Shown: positions 1-14,190 of the stretch, one piece after another
Layout of the letters: each line of letters starts with the position of its first letter
Position numbering within the stretch: the first letter of the stretch is position 1
The notes under the pieces: generated by a model
Seen by the model: only the letters and a program-made list of their open reading frames with translations
What the model was told of the DNA's origin: nothing
Database searches by the model: none
Program-made: the position numbers and the translations under genes
Source of the DNA: Chrysomallon squamiferum
Lineage: Eukaryota; Animalia; Mollusca
Direction: 5' to 3'
DNA length: 64,000 nt
NCBI GenBank assembly: GCA_012295275.1
Contig: CM022672.1
Location: 32,302,001-32,366,000, forward strand

Positions 1-54
1 ATAAAAAATACTAATTCTGTTCTAAGTGTTGTATCCTATCTGTCACTACTAATG

Positions 55-370
55 TGTGGTGTGGGGATCTGTCCACGTGGGGAATTGTCTGTGTGGGTAT
101 CTGTCCGCTAACTTTGAAATTCATGCGCAATAATAGAGCCGCGCAGTAGCATTGATTACACGGGCATCGGGAGGAGCAGCACATTTGAGAGGAATCTGAT
201 TGCGACCCGTCGAAGGGTGCACTTTGTAAATATGACAGTCGCAGCTTCGGATTACATCCATTTTGTTTAGAGACAAGACACGTGAACTGCTGAACAGTGG
301 CATGACAACCAGTCTAAATAAACGGGTGGCGAACATTGCTGCCGTGGCTGACGAATATTGTGCGAACTCA
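55..370 (+). mobile_element. Possible MULE relic
   Basis: Three GGG(A/T)ATCTGTC / GGGAATTGTC subterminal-type motifs (63-106), and TAEQWHD/SLNKRVA resembling the MULE xxEGWHNxLN motif across a frameshift. Confidence 0.25.
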
Positions 371-873
371 TGTTAAGACGTCTGTGATGGCGGGCCCACC
401 ATCTGTTACAGTGCGTAGCGAGTCAGACGCAAAGAATGAATGAAGAAATAACTAAAGACGGTAAATTGAGCTGATTTCACTTCCATGGTATTTGTTTGCG
501 GTGTGTATGATTGGGCGTGTGTGTGTATGTTGTGTGTATCAATGTACGCATGTATGTAGCGCAACGATGGTACTACAGTTACTACTACAATACCACTACT
601 ACTGCTAGTAATAATTCTGACATCATGGAAAAAAGCAACAACGGGAACAGTAACATTAACAGTAAAAAATATAATAACGATATAAAAAAGTAACCACCAC
701 TGTAACAACAACAACAACCACGTAAGCAGTGATATTAACAAGATGGTAAAAATATCAGTTACTTAAATGAGAACTATAACATCATTAATAAAACACCGAT
801 GATACGACACCAGAGGAAAAACCCGGTTTAATGCTTTAATGTAATTTAAAATATTTGAAATAAAATTCATGTA

Positions 874-935
<62 letters not shown>

Positions 936-939
936 CTAT

Positions 940-1214
940 TATTATTATTATTTCTTTATGATCAAATGTTTGATTGTTTAGTATTGTAAATGTCCTGTGT
1001 TTCATATCTTTAAATAGATAACTGGATTCTATACTGAAAGTTGGAATATTTCTACGACCTGTGTTTAAAATTTCTGTCATCTCTGTACAGCTTGTTATTG
1101 AAACACGTGTTAGTGATAACATTCCTACGTTGTTGTTGTCAAGACTAATGTTTACTTACTTCTCCTAAATTTATTACTAAAGATAAAGATTACTTTAGTA
1201 CAAAGTCAACTTAA

Positions 1215-1281
<67 letters not shown>

Positions 1282-1570
1282 TTTAATAATAAAAAAATAA
1301 AAAGTAAACAAATGAACAAACAAATAAATTGAAAAAAGATACGAATAAGTAAATAAGCATATTAATAAACAACAAGCAAATAAAAAAGATAATAAACAAA
1401 TAAACAAATAAATAAATAGGCAAGTAAGTAAATAGATCAGTAAACAAACACTGAGATCAGAGATATATAAATAAATAAATAAATAAATAAATAACAACAA
1501 CAGTAATAAAAGCAGGAGCAGGTGAATAGTAATATGCTAAAAATGGTAAAAGTACTGAAACACTGAGATA
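940..1570 (+). repeat. Dispersed repeat unit; further copies at ~49520-49700, ~51800-52010 and ~52455-52940
   Basis: AAACACGTGTTAGTGATAACA...TTGTCAAGACTAA...AGTACAAAGTCA is shared between the copies. Confidence 0.85.
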
Positions 1571-1699
1571 TTCCACTTAGGTTTTCCAGTGTGTGTAATT
1601 AACTTGCACAAAATAGAAGATATTTACAAACATATTAATTTATTATGGAAGATGTTTTTTTAAAATTGAAACGTTTATAGCACAGAGACAGAACTAACA

Positions 1700-2783
1700 T
1701 TATTCGGTACCACTTTGGTGTGTGATCTACGCGATCTAGTGATCTACACCGAGCAAATTCAACTTTGGTGTGTGATCTACGTGGTTATTTAAATTATTAT
1801 TTTGTTTATTCCTGGTTTTTTATTATTATTTTTCACAGCATAAATGGAAAAGCAAAATCCTAATATTATATATTTATAATTGATAGGAATAAGGACTAAA
1901 AAGTATACAAATGCGAATAATTGTATTGATGAATTCAGCGAATATCTGCTAGAAACGTAAGAAAAAGATTTTCAGTTTTCTTCGATCTTCCTTCATTTCT
2001 CCACCACAACGACGACATAGTGCAACATTTTCTCCATCATCTACATTACAGGGGCGCACAAACTTTCTGATCTTATAGACCGCAGCGCTTTAACTTCACT
2101 GGCACTAGGGCCGCAGAAATTTCATTGTGATTACGTAAACTCTGAAAACGTAACATGTATGATTTTGTATAATTTTCTAACAGTGAACCTCTGTGACTGA
2201 AAATGCTGCATGTAAAAAATGGGTGCGTTTACATATTTCCATATAAACTGACTTCTTTCTTGTTGATTCCCATTAAAGTAAAAAATAAAACCGTTATTAA
2301 TGTTATTTATCAGTTTTATTAAATAACATCTTCAAAACTCTCGGATCTAAAAATGAATACTAGGCGACATTTTGTGTACGGCATCTGACAGTGATAGGAA
2401 GTTCATGTTGTACGAGTGTTTATACTGAGACGTCAAATGTGATGAGGTGACATCGTTTCCACGGCCGCAGGTTGCGCACCCCTGATTTACAAGGACATTT
2501 CTTCGTAAAACTGTAACTGCCTTCGTCTCGTCTCTGATCACGTTGTAAAAATCTTTAGCCAACATCTTAAAGTTACTTCAGAAATTGAAACGAACAAGTA
2601 AAATCACAGAGTGGAATACACATAAACTACCAAATCGCATACCTATTCAGAAATGAAGTTTGCCATATGTGATGTTCTTACATATTTATCACGCATTAGG
2701 TCGAATCTGTTTTATTACTTTACATGCCTGCTATAGTTTCCTGTAAGTCGTAGATCACGCGCCAAATTAGCACCCATTATTCT
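1700..2783. mobile_element. Older inverted-repeat element that hosts the 2049-2484 MITE
   Basis: TTTGGTGTGTGATCTACG (1714, again at 1764) is the inverted match of CGTAGATCACGCGCCAAA (~2750-2766), differing at CpG-type transitions. Confidence 0.45.
2049..2484. mobile_element. hAT-type MITE (~436 bp)
   Basis: Ends CAGGGGCGCACAAAC and GGCCGCAGGTTGCGCACCCCTG are imperfect Charlie-type TIRs. No coding capacity; TSD not clean. Confidence 0.75.
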
Positions 2784-2847
2784 CTAAATGTTGACCAATT
2801 CGGTTTATTTTTGCTGAGCTTAATTCATTATGTTTTAAAACAATCTT

Positions 2848-2914
<67 letters not shown>

Positions 2915-3253
2915 ACATGAGAGCTAGCTGATAGGTACTGAGTCATAGGAAGGGATATCAGTTTGTTACACTCTTCTGAAATAACAAATTTGTTCAGTTT
3001 ATCTTTAGTTATATATTATTATTAATGATACCCATCTATGTGAAAACACTGATCACGTTAATGATTTCTCACAGTAATGATCACCAATGACTTAACAAGG
3101 TTGGATACAGATGATATCGATATTGAAGCTTTAATTCTACTGATCTGAGTAAGTGTTTAAATTTCACACGTGTTGTGCTATTTTAGGAACAGGTCTGCGG
3201 GCGACTCGTGTGATTCTTAGGGCGACGTGCTGCCCGCGGTCACCGTGTTGCTG
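2915..3253 (+). mobile_element. 3' end fragment of a Charlie-type hAT element (second copy inverted at ~53883-54220)
   Basis: Ends GCGGGCGAC...GGGCGACGTGCTGCCCGCGGTCACCGTGTTG-CTG, followed by ttctagaa. Contains a THLCE remnant of the TYLCE motif. Confidence 0.6.
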
Positions 3254-4387
3254 TTCTAGAATCATTTTATTCATTTGTATTAAAAATTAGTAGTGTTCTT
3301 TTTCTTCTTCTTCTTTCTTCTTTTCCTTTCTTTCTTTCTTTTTTCTTTTCTTTTTTGCAATTCTAAAACAAACAAGTGTGAGTGTGCGTGTGTGAGAGTA
3401 CATGCTTTTTTACAGAAACGCTTCTGATAAAGAAATAAATTATAAGAAGAGAACAGGCGCACACATTTGTATATGTCACTGTGTATTTGTGTATGTTGCT
3501 GTGTATTTGTGTTTGTTGTTGTGTTGTTTGTATTTGTATGTATCAGTTTGTTTTTGTGTGTTGGTGTGTGTTTTTGAGTGTTGGTGTTTCATTGAGTGCG
3601 AGCGTGTGCGAGCGTGTTACTGTTAAAACAAAACAAAATCATTGCAAAATATAATTACTCGTATTTTATTTTTATTAGTTGATGCCTTACTTATGTCCCT
3701 TTCTTAAAGTTACTCACAGTATATACTATTCACCTCTATTTGAAATGTTAAAGCATGAGTGGGTGTATAATTGAACTTATGTATGACAAACATCTGTTAG
3801 TGTGGGTGTTTAAAGATATGTGTTTTTGTGTCTTTGATTTTGTGTGTGTGTTTGTGTATGTACGTATGTGTGTGTGAATGTTCTTGTGTTGGAGCATGTA
3901 TGTGTATGAATATAAAATCAGTCGATATGTGCGTGTGTATTTACGAATATATGTGTGTTTGAGACAGTGTATAGACAGTGAAGGCCCGTTTTTGCTATGT
4001 ATATGTGTGAAAGATAATGTACATGTTTTGATGTATGTATATGTGTGAACAAGAGTGAACGTTTATATATTTTATATGTATGTGAAAGAGTGTATATCTT
4101 TATATGTATGTATACATGTGAAAGATAATGCACATGTTTATATGTATGTATATGTGTATGAAAAATAATGTACGTTTATATGTATTTATATATGTGAAAG
4201 ATAATGTTTATGTTTATATGAATGTAGGTGTGTGAAAGATATAATACAAGTTGTATATTTATGTCTATATGTGAAAGATAGAGTACATGTTTACATGTAT
4301 GTATGTGAGACATTACGGTCATGCGTTCTATAGTGAAAAAGGAGGGGCATTTGTGTCGTTTGTCTGTGCGTGTTTGTATGTAAGAAA

Positions 4388-4426
<39 letters not shown>

Positions 4427-4494
4427 TGTGTGTGTGTTTATTTACTTATAATTATAATGACGGATATTAAACAAACGTTGCTAACACCCTAATT

Positions 4495-4574
<80 letters not shown>

Positions 4575-6879
4575 AATTATTATTATTAGTTGTAGTAGTA
4601 GTAGTAGTTGCGGTTTTCTTTATAATGTTCACTTTATTGTTTAAATAAAAGGACCACTTATTAAAATTTTGCTTTAAAGTATGTCATAATTATTTTATTT
4701 TATTGTTCACTTAGGAAATATGTTTTAACTTTTAATCAGAGTAATTCGTCGCTCGATATATGGGTTGATAGGTCATTACATTACATCATTTCCAGTGCAA
4801 ATGGGGAAAACCCTGTACAGAAATAACTGTCCAATCAAAATATTTGATTTGATCGGTGACATTCGGACTTTTCAAATACCTATAAATAACATTAACATAA
4901 TAATATGTTGTTTTATTAATCATCAACGATTTACTAAACCACTAATACTGAAGAGTATTAATTCAATACTATACTTTTCTTAGCAATCCCACAACTAATA
5001 ATACTAAATCAAATAGCACCTGTATAAATTCTTGCCTGCGTCTATTTTTAGATGACGCTGCAAACAGTAGCTCCGCCCACTTGTCTGAATTCTTTTAACA
5101 ACTCGCCACTTGTAGACAACATCTGATAGATAAACTGCTCAAATTTAAATGTTAGTCACTGAAGTTTCATTACAGAATAGTTACTAACAAAACATTGTTA
5201 TTACAGTAAATGCACAAGTGATTAAGGCCTACATAAACCAAGACATGAATTTCTGTTGTAGACTCAGTCTTTTAAAGACAGATCAGTGTTTCTTTGATGT
5301 TCAGATCATTCTGTTAAAGACTGCAATGTGATGTGTGTTCAGGAATGTATCTCTCACTGAAGTATTATTTATATTTTTGTGTGAAACAACAGGTCGATAT
5401 TGGCTTTTTATTGTTTCATTCATTCAATATTTTTTTTTAAATATTTAAAAGTAATTAAGATAATTTGAAATTTTAAACAAACCTTTTTTTATATATTTTA
5501 ATTATTTTTCAAAAATGGTTTCATTTCTTATTTATTCTTTCTTGTTGTAGTTGTTTTTCTTCTAATTATTTTCTAATAAATTTTTAAAAGTTTAAAATTA
5601 CACTTTCTTTTTATTATTTTATTCTATACAGTCAATAAAAATTACTACTATTAAATTATGATTAATATTAGAGTTATGCATATGTCTATTGTTATTATTA
5701 TTATTATTAGTAGTAGTAGTAGTTGTTGTTGTTGTTGTAGTAGTAATAGCAGCAATATAGTATTATTATTATTATTTGTTTGAACATTTTGAGGAGATCA
5801 GTAAAGAAAGACTTAAAAGAATAGTTAAAATATTCATTATTCTGTTCATGTTCTGAACTGCAGATAACTATTGCTTTTCATTAAGAAATATTTGTTTAAA
5901 ACTTAATATTGACTTAAATTTCTTTTTAAAGTTTTATTCTTGAGCTCAAAGAAAAGAGATTTGAAAGAAAAATGAATAGTAATCACTAATCACAGATGTT
6001 AAAAATTATTAAACTTTGTGTTTCTCATTTGATTTAATGATGAGAGGTCATTTTTAAAAATATTTTCATTTAAAGTTTTTATTAACAGTTCTTGAATGCT
6101 AAAGTCTTGCTTAGATTTGTTTATTTACAAAAGAGTAAATGTAAGCAGTGTTATCAGTAATTTTGTATTACTAGTCTGAATATATAATACCAGGATTTTA
6201 AAATCAGTTAAAGTGTATTCACTGAATTTTCTAGAAACAAGAATGACAAAGTTTATAAGTTAATGTGGCTTTGTAATATTAACATAAATTATTATTTTAA
6301 ATTTAATGCCACAAAAGGAAGATCAGTTTGATGCAGTGTTTACAAATAAAATGTATGTTAAAGTTACATTAAAGTGTAAGATAACTTGTAACACAAGACA
6401 TAAACACAGTACTCTCCTAACAAAGCTTTAACAAAAAACTTTCTATTTTGTCTCATGCTATACAAAAAATATTTAGAATTATGTATACTTAAATTAAAAT
6501 GTGTTTTGTTTTGTTTACATTGTTTGAAAGCAGCAGGATGGAATATGATATTTATAAAAGTAAAAATTCAGATTAATAAAGGAATTAAAAACAAAATAAT
6601 AATATAGGTAAATAATATTTACTATATTAGTATGAACTGTATTTATATCTACTATAATTAAAATGTCCCGAAATAAAATAAAAATAAAAATCCCCCAAAA
6701 GACTGGTTGGATAGAGTATAGGTTCTTCACTGAGTCTGTGAGGTTCATTTGTATTTACTTCTGTGAATGTTTTTGTATGTATTTATACTCCTATGCACTA
6801 CTGTTTAAATTTTTCTGAAAATTCACAGAGTTAATCACTGAAAATTAAAATTTAGTTATCTTTAGTTTATCATTTATTA

Positions 6880-6937
<58 letters not shown>

Positions 6938-7135
6938 TTGTAATTTTTATTAGTTCTGAATATATCTTCATTTATCATGATTTCTTGATTTTTATTATCT
7001 TTACATATCTGTCATTGTATGTGTTTCTTGTTTCTTGAACAGATTTTTCATCATGATTATTTCTTTGTTTTGACCTAAATTTATGTATTCAACTATTTAT
7101 TTATTATTTATTTATTTATGTATTTATTTATTTAC

Positions 7136-7202
<67 letters not shown>

Positions 7203-8099
7203 TTGTTTTGGATTTGAGTATGTACTTTTATTTATTTTGAATAATTTCTTAATTATTTAATGTTTATTTCTTGGTTTATGGGCTAAAAGTTTCAAAATGT
7301 TTTTTTATTTATTTTATTATTTTTTTTTTTGTTTTTTATTCTGCTTTATATTTACCACTTTGGTTTTAGATTGTGCATTTTTATTTTTATTGTATATTTT
7401 GTATGTGAATTTCTTGTATGTTATCTTTTTTTTTGGTTTTAGATTGTGCATTTTTTTTTATTCTCATAGTTCTTTTGTATGTGAATTTCTTGTATGTTAA
7501 TCTAAACAGATGATTTTTGTTGTTGTTGTTGTTGTTTTGACATCTATATCTTGGTTTTTTCATTTTAGTTCTTTTGCTTTCTTTTTCAGACTTCTTTATT
7601 CTCACCTAGTTCTGTTTGTTCTGTTGTTAACCTCTGTACATGTGACATCTATTTTCAGATCAAAATGAGATATACACAGCCACACTGCTCTCCCTGTGTA
7701 TTAGAACTGATGTCAACATAATTCTGTTACCTATCATAGATTTAAAAATCAAGTGTCTTAGAAGTGAATTTCAAAAATCTTCTAATATCCCCAACAAACT
7801 TTACATTTGGTTTCATTTTACTTCTTGGATTTCTCTAATGTCTTTCACTACTCACTTGGTCATACTAAAGATAGGGTTAAGTGCTATGGACAGACTTCTG
7901 AATTCAGGTTTCATGGATCATGGGATCAAACCTTCCCAGATCTCTTTTCAGTTTATTTCCCATTCAACACTTTATTTTATTATTTGTTTAATGTCAGCTT
8001 GTTGTTATCACTGACAGGATGTAGTAGTAGTAGTAGTAGTAGTAATAGTAGTAGTAGTAATAATAGTAGTAGTAGTAATAATAATAGTAGTAGTAGTAC

Positions 8100-8132
<33 letters not shown>

Positions 8133-11100
8133 ACTGACAATTTTAATGCATCTCAGTGCTCACTTTGGTCAATATCCCATTCCAACTTTATTTAGAGTAT
8201 TTAGGTTGCTGTTACTAAGATGGGAGTAGATGGTTTGAACACTGAATCAAGTCAAACTGTCTGACAGGATCAGTTCTTCATAATGTTTTATTTTGTTAAG
8301 ATTAAGGTAAAAAATTATAGGCAGAAATAATCAGTGTAATAAATATTTCTGGAAAAATAGCATACACACTCACAAACACACACAGAAGTATAATTCAGTC
8401 TGATATAAAACTAATAAAAAATAATAATGATAGAATAGAACAAAAATTTAGAAGTAATAATGCTAAATGTTATTTTTGTGAATTTATAATAAATAATTAA
8501 ATGTTAGCTTTTGACAAAATGTAAAACTTCAGTTGGAATGGGTAAACATTCTCATGAAAATAGAAAATGTCATGTTTGTGATCTTCACAAAATTGGAAAT
8601 GAATATCCTGTATATTTGAATGTGACAATGCTGCATTATTAAAGGTGCAAAAACATTTACCTGATAATAATACAAGACATAAGATTAAATTTACATATAC
8701 TAACAGCAGGAATTAAAGGTGTATTACTAAAAGTGCAAAGAGATTTACCTGATAATTATACAAGATATAAAATTATATTCACATATAACAACAGCAAGAA
8801 TATTTTGTATTAAACAAAAGTAATGTCTGTTAATAAGAAATATATGTGAGAAACAAGGTGCATGTTAAATTTCCATTCATTTTGTGAGAATAAATTCACT
8901 GTCATTCAGTGGTATCAACTTCAAATCAGTTTTGAACAAAAACCAGTTTCAACTATGATTAATAAATAATGAATTCAGTCTGATCATTAAAAATATAGAC
9001 CCAAGAAATTGTAATAGAACGTATGTTAATAAGATCAAGATCAGTATTACAAGTTTACCAATAACATGTTCATAAAAAATAGAAATTATTCCTGAATGAA
9101 ATAAGGATTCTGTTTGTAGTGATAGAAGTTTAACTGTACACTTGTTAATGCCAGTCAGATGGAAAGATATATAGATAGGTAAGAGATAAAAGCTTGGTTG
9201 AAGCATGGATGTGTGGGTTAACAAATACATGAAACAGACAGATGTGTGTAGTGATGTATCAGTGTATGGATGGATTTGATGGATACATTTAGGCTTCATG
9301 GATACAACAGAGAGGACTGACTGACTGACAGAGGGACTCAAAGACAGAGATGCAGAGAGATAATAAACCTGTGTACATTACACTTGAACAATTTAAATAA
9401 ATATGAAGTTTAATAAATATAATAAGAAAATGTTAGAGTTGAGTACTGATCATCATCTTACAGTCCAGAACCAGAATCAAATCCAGAATCCAAACATTTT
9501 TGTAAAGATTTAGTTGAATATTCCCCTAAGTAAATAATCCCATGAAACTCATTGAAAAAGACAAAAATAAATGAATAAATGAAATAATAATATTAAAATA
9601 AAATAAAATAAAATAAAAATACAGCAAACAAGAATTGCCCATCTTTTTGTTTCTTTTTCTCTCTCAGCACAACTGGATGGGGAACAGTTTACGAAGTACA
9701 GGAACAGATGATACTGATCACTAATGAATTAAGATTCAGTGACAGAGGTGTATCTGTCTAGTTGTAATTATGTCATACATGACACTACATATATTAGAGG
9801 TGCAGTGGGAATTTAGTTATTTCAACCTTTCACTGTACCTGGAAGAGCCCAGTTATACACTGAGGAGTGTAGAGTGACTTCTGATGACTGTATTAGATAC
9901 TGCACACAAGAGATGAGCAGACAGACAGACAAACAGGTAGACAGAAGTGACAGAAAGTAGATGGATGGATGCAGAGACCAGTGGAAGATGTTTGATTCTA
10001 TAAATGGTATCATGGATGAATGTGTGGAGTTAGGTGGGAGACAATAATGGATGTAACATGAGATGGTTAGTCAGACAATAGTTATTTCTAGTATTGTTTG
10101 TGAAGAGAATTTTAATCTGGAAATCCAGACTGAGTTTGTCTATACTCAATGCTTAGTCTTAGTGGAAAATGGAATTTGTATTTTGGTGTGTTTGTATATT
10201 GGTGAGTGTGTGTGTATGTGTGTGTGTGTGTGTGTTTGTATATTGGTGTGTATGTGTGTCTATATGTGTGTTTTGGAGAGACAATGGATATTAATAAAAA
10301 GGTAAATAACAATCTATAATTTTTTCATGAAGAAAGGACACTAAACACAGAACTTATGATACTCAGTGTTCATAATTATAACATTATTATTAAACATAAT
10401 AAAATAATACATCTAATTATTGTATTTGGAGAAACACCCACAAACACTCACCCAGACATACATATATGTTCACACATACACATACAAACATACATACATA
10501 CATGCATCTTTCATAATATTCATATATACACAACATACATACATACATCCACAAATACATACATTCACAACATACATACATTATAACATACATATATATT
10601 CTTGGTTCTCAATTTCATGGACTAATAGGTGAAACAAACATGTACATTTACCAGAGGTAATCATTCAATAGGGAAATGGTGGTAAAAGTCAAATTCTGTG
10701 ATTTTACACAAAGGTCTGTATCAAACAGTATATATTATACAGAGATTTCAGTCAGCTGTAAATATATATATCTCAGTCTCGGGCAGGATTTAGCTTGGCT
10801 GTAGAGTGTCTGATGTAGGATCTATGTGTCTATACTATATATACATGTATGTATGTATGTATGTATGTATGTATGTATGTATGTATGTATGTATGTATGT
10901 ATGTATAAATACAGTAGTATTAGAAGCACAAGCTTCTTTTAAAACTGTGTTTGGCCAGCAACAAAGCTTCTGTATTGAAGTATAATACTAGAATAATGGC
11001 AATTTGTCACAACAATCAGGCAGCACAGCAAGTATATAGATATATGACTTATTTAAAAAAAGTAGTGTTTTATAACTTTGGAATTATCCAATTGTGTTTC

Positions 11101-14100
11101 AAAATTAATTTATGTTCTGTAGTGCTAAATGTTAAAGAAAAGAACATTTGCAAGTAAACTTGTCTAAAACTCATCAACATTTTATTTCAGAAAAACCATT
11201 GTCTATTATTATTATTATTGTTGTTGTTGTTGTTGTTATTATTAACCAGTTTTAATATACCAGTTTAAAATTTGTTTCAGTAAATTTCTGACAGAAATCT
11301 TTGAAGATGGTTTGCAGAAATTAGGACTCTAGAACTAGTTTGAAGTCACATTTATACTATTTGCATACATAATGGATGCATAATGAATATTCATAACTGT
11401 ATGGATTATAAATAAAACAAATTCGTTTTGAAAAGTATTTCAGTTAATTTTTAAAATTGTTTTAAAGAAATAAATTATTTAGTAAAATGTTTATTCACAT
11501 ACTATGACGTAGCTTTGTTTTGAACCAAACATTTAACTTGTCCCTGCACTTATTCTCATCCTAACCCTTCCCTCTCCGTTATTCTAAACATATTTAACAA
11601 CACATTAATAAAAAACAATATGATTTTATTTTTAAATTTTACTTGAAAGGTAAATTTTTATTAAGACAAATTTGATTTTAAAGCAAACCCTGATTTTAAC
11701 CATAACATTATGATTAACAGTAATACTAAAGCTATTTATAAAATGAAACATTTATTAACCATCAAACTTTATTTTCATATCTGTTACCAAATCCTGACCC
11801 TGTTGTAAAACAAAGTAATAATAATAAATTAAATATGCTTAAAAAAATAAATAAATATAAAATTCAGCTACATTTTAATTCTAACCCTAACTCTAACCTA
11901 ATTACTAAAACTATCTAAACTTTTAGACTATAAGTCTAAAGTGTATATTTTCACAGACATTTATTTTATTAAAATTGAAAGGTTCCTTTAAACATAGTAA
12001 ATAGCCATGGAAGTAATTTGCACTTTGTCTATGTAATAGATTGCTTATTGCAATTAAATGTTATTTTCAATCTAATCCTTGCCTTGATCTAAAATGTGTC
12101 TTGAATGAAGGATGTATTGAATTAAATTAAGTTTTAAATAGATTTCCTAGCACTGAATTTAATCATATCCATAATCTTAAATCTAATGAATCCTAAATAC
12201 AATATTAATCTTAGATTTCAACCAATCCTCATCATGACTTTTTGTTACAGCTAAATTTTACTGACAGATTAGATTTTGAAAAAAAATAATGTCTTAGTCT
12301 TAACAGTCTCTTTCTCTCTCTCATATGAATAGAGAACAAGAGATTTTCAAATTTACTCATATGATGTCTGATATTTTCTAATACATAATCAGGAATTATT
12401 ATAAATCTATATAAATAGTAAATTATTTAATGTGATTTTTGTAACAAATATCAGTTTCTACAAAGATTAAATAAACATTGCTAATCACAATCTATTTCAG
12501 ATCCTAGTATATAATTACATATCTCAGGAAAACATAATGTTAGGACATTGAAAGGCCTAATCATCATATACTGGAACAGGTGGGAAACTTGTATTTGAAA
12601 CATCAATCAAACTGAAGTTTATCTTTTCTTAAACTTACACCATCAATTTTCTGGAACCCTTCAAAAAACTTTCCACATTATTATTTTTGTCACATTGATA
12701 ATAAATTAACAAAACTCCTCTGACCAGAGTCTGATGACTCTAAAGCACACAGACATTTTTTTAATTAAAACAATATTTGTAAATTAAATAATAGTTTTAT
12801 TAGAGGCTGCATCAATAATTTTTCTTTATTTTATATATATATATATATATAAAAAGGTTAACAGTGCAGAAGTTCACATGAGTTCCAAGCACCAAACAGT
12901 ATCAGTGACTATAACAGTTGTTGTCTTCTCAACTAGTCTGTGATTTGTTTTCTCTCTGTGTTACGGACATTTCATGCACTCAACCTGAATCAGAAAATTC
13001 AAATAATTTTGTACAGCTACTAATATATAAGAATCTATAATGTTTATTAAGTTTCGGTTAATGTACCAAAACTATGTAAATAAAAATGTTCCTCACCTTA
13101 GGATGTTTGATAATGCTAGCTAAAAATATTAAATTAAAAATAGAATACAAAATAATTTGAAATATTTATTTCAACAAAAAAAAAGTTATATCAAAACTAC
13201 TTTTTCATATAAAAAAACATAATTTTAGAAAAATGTTATAAAAATCCTTAAATACAAATTTAGAAAAGCATGATATAATTGAACTTTTAAATTAAATTTG
13301 TTTTAAAATGTTTTATAAGGTTTTTAAGATGAGAGCCAAGGGTGTTGTAAAATATAAAAATACCAAGATTTCTGATCTATCCAACAAAAGTATAATAATA
13401 AAACATTCAAAATAATGAAATAAAAAATACCAAGATATTTATTTACAGAAAAAAATAACAAATAACTTGTAATCTGAAAATTATTTATTCAGAAAATTTA
13501 TAATTTCTGATTTATCTTCCAAAAAAACATAAAATTATCTACTTCCATTTTATGTTTTATTAAGATATGTTTATTGGCTAAATCTTTACCAGAAGTCTTG
13601 GTGTTCTTTGTTATTTTATATTTGGTATAGATAATTCAGTAGATTTAAAAAATAAAATAAAATAAGAAATACAAAAAATAAAACAGAAAAATGAAATTAT
13701 CTCCCCTGGACCAAACACCTTTATATAAAATGTGTACTTTTTTTTTCAAAGCAGTAATCAAGGATTTCTAACAAATAATTTTTTTAAATTAAAGTTTTTT
13801 TTACACAGACCTGACTGTACTTGCTGCTGTGTCTGGTCCAAACATTATGTATATTGGTCTGTATGTAACTATATCTTGTATGAACAACATTGTGACTTCC
13901 AATCTGAAATCACAGTTTCACAGTTTTATAAATTATTCACTAAGTGTAGTCCATGACTCACACAAGTAATGTTTTTAAACTTTTGTTTGGTGTGGATTTT
14001 TCTAGAAGTTCTCAGTATTCTCCAGACATTCAGCTTCTTTTTTTTTTTTTTTGAGATGTTTCATCTTCTGCTATTTCTTCTGCTTGCTTAGTTCAGTGTG

Positions 14101-14190
14101 ATCAGAAAATTTCAAAAACTTGGAGGCAAACTCAAGAAGCCATTTAGAATGAACAGATGATTATCATTAACACTTCTCATTATAAACAAC

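Noticed and set aside
3020-3150. C/D-box snoRNA-like cluster of TGAT/CTGA motifs
   Set aside because: No canonical RTGATGA with a terminal stem, and it lies in a hAT 3'-end remnant.
10778-10830. tRNA/SINE-head-like GGGCAGGATTTAGCTTGG
   Set aside because: Too short and degenerate; no cloverleaf or B box.
11880-11902. Telomere-like CTAACCCTAA (also ~19943-19958)
   Set aside because: Only 2-3 degenerate units, more likely part of an old interspersed repeat.
12496-12570. Minus-strand ATGATGA...CTGA possible snoRNA
   Set aside because: Interrupted by an insertion in the duplicate copy; no recognisable rRNA guide.
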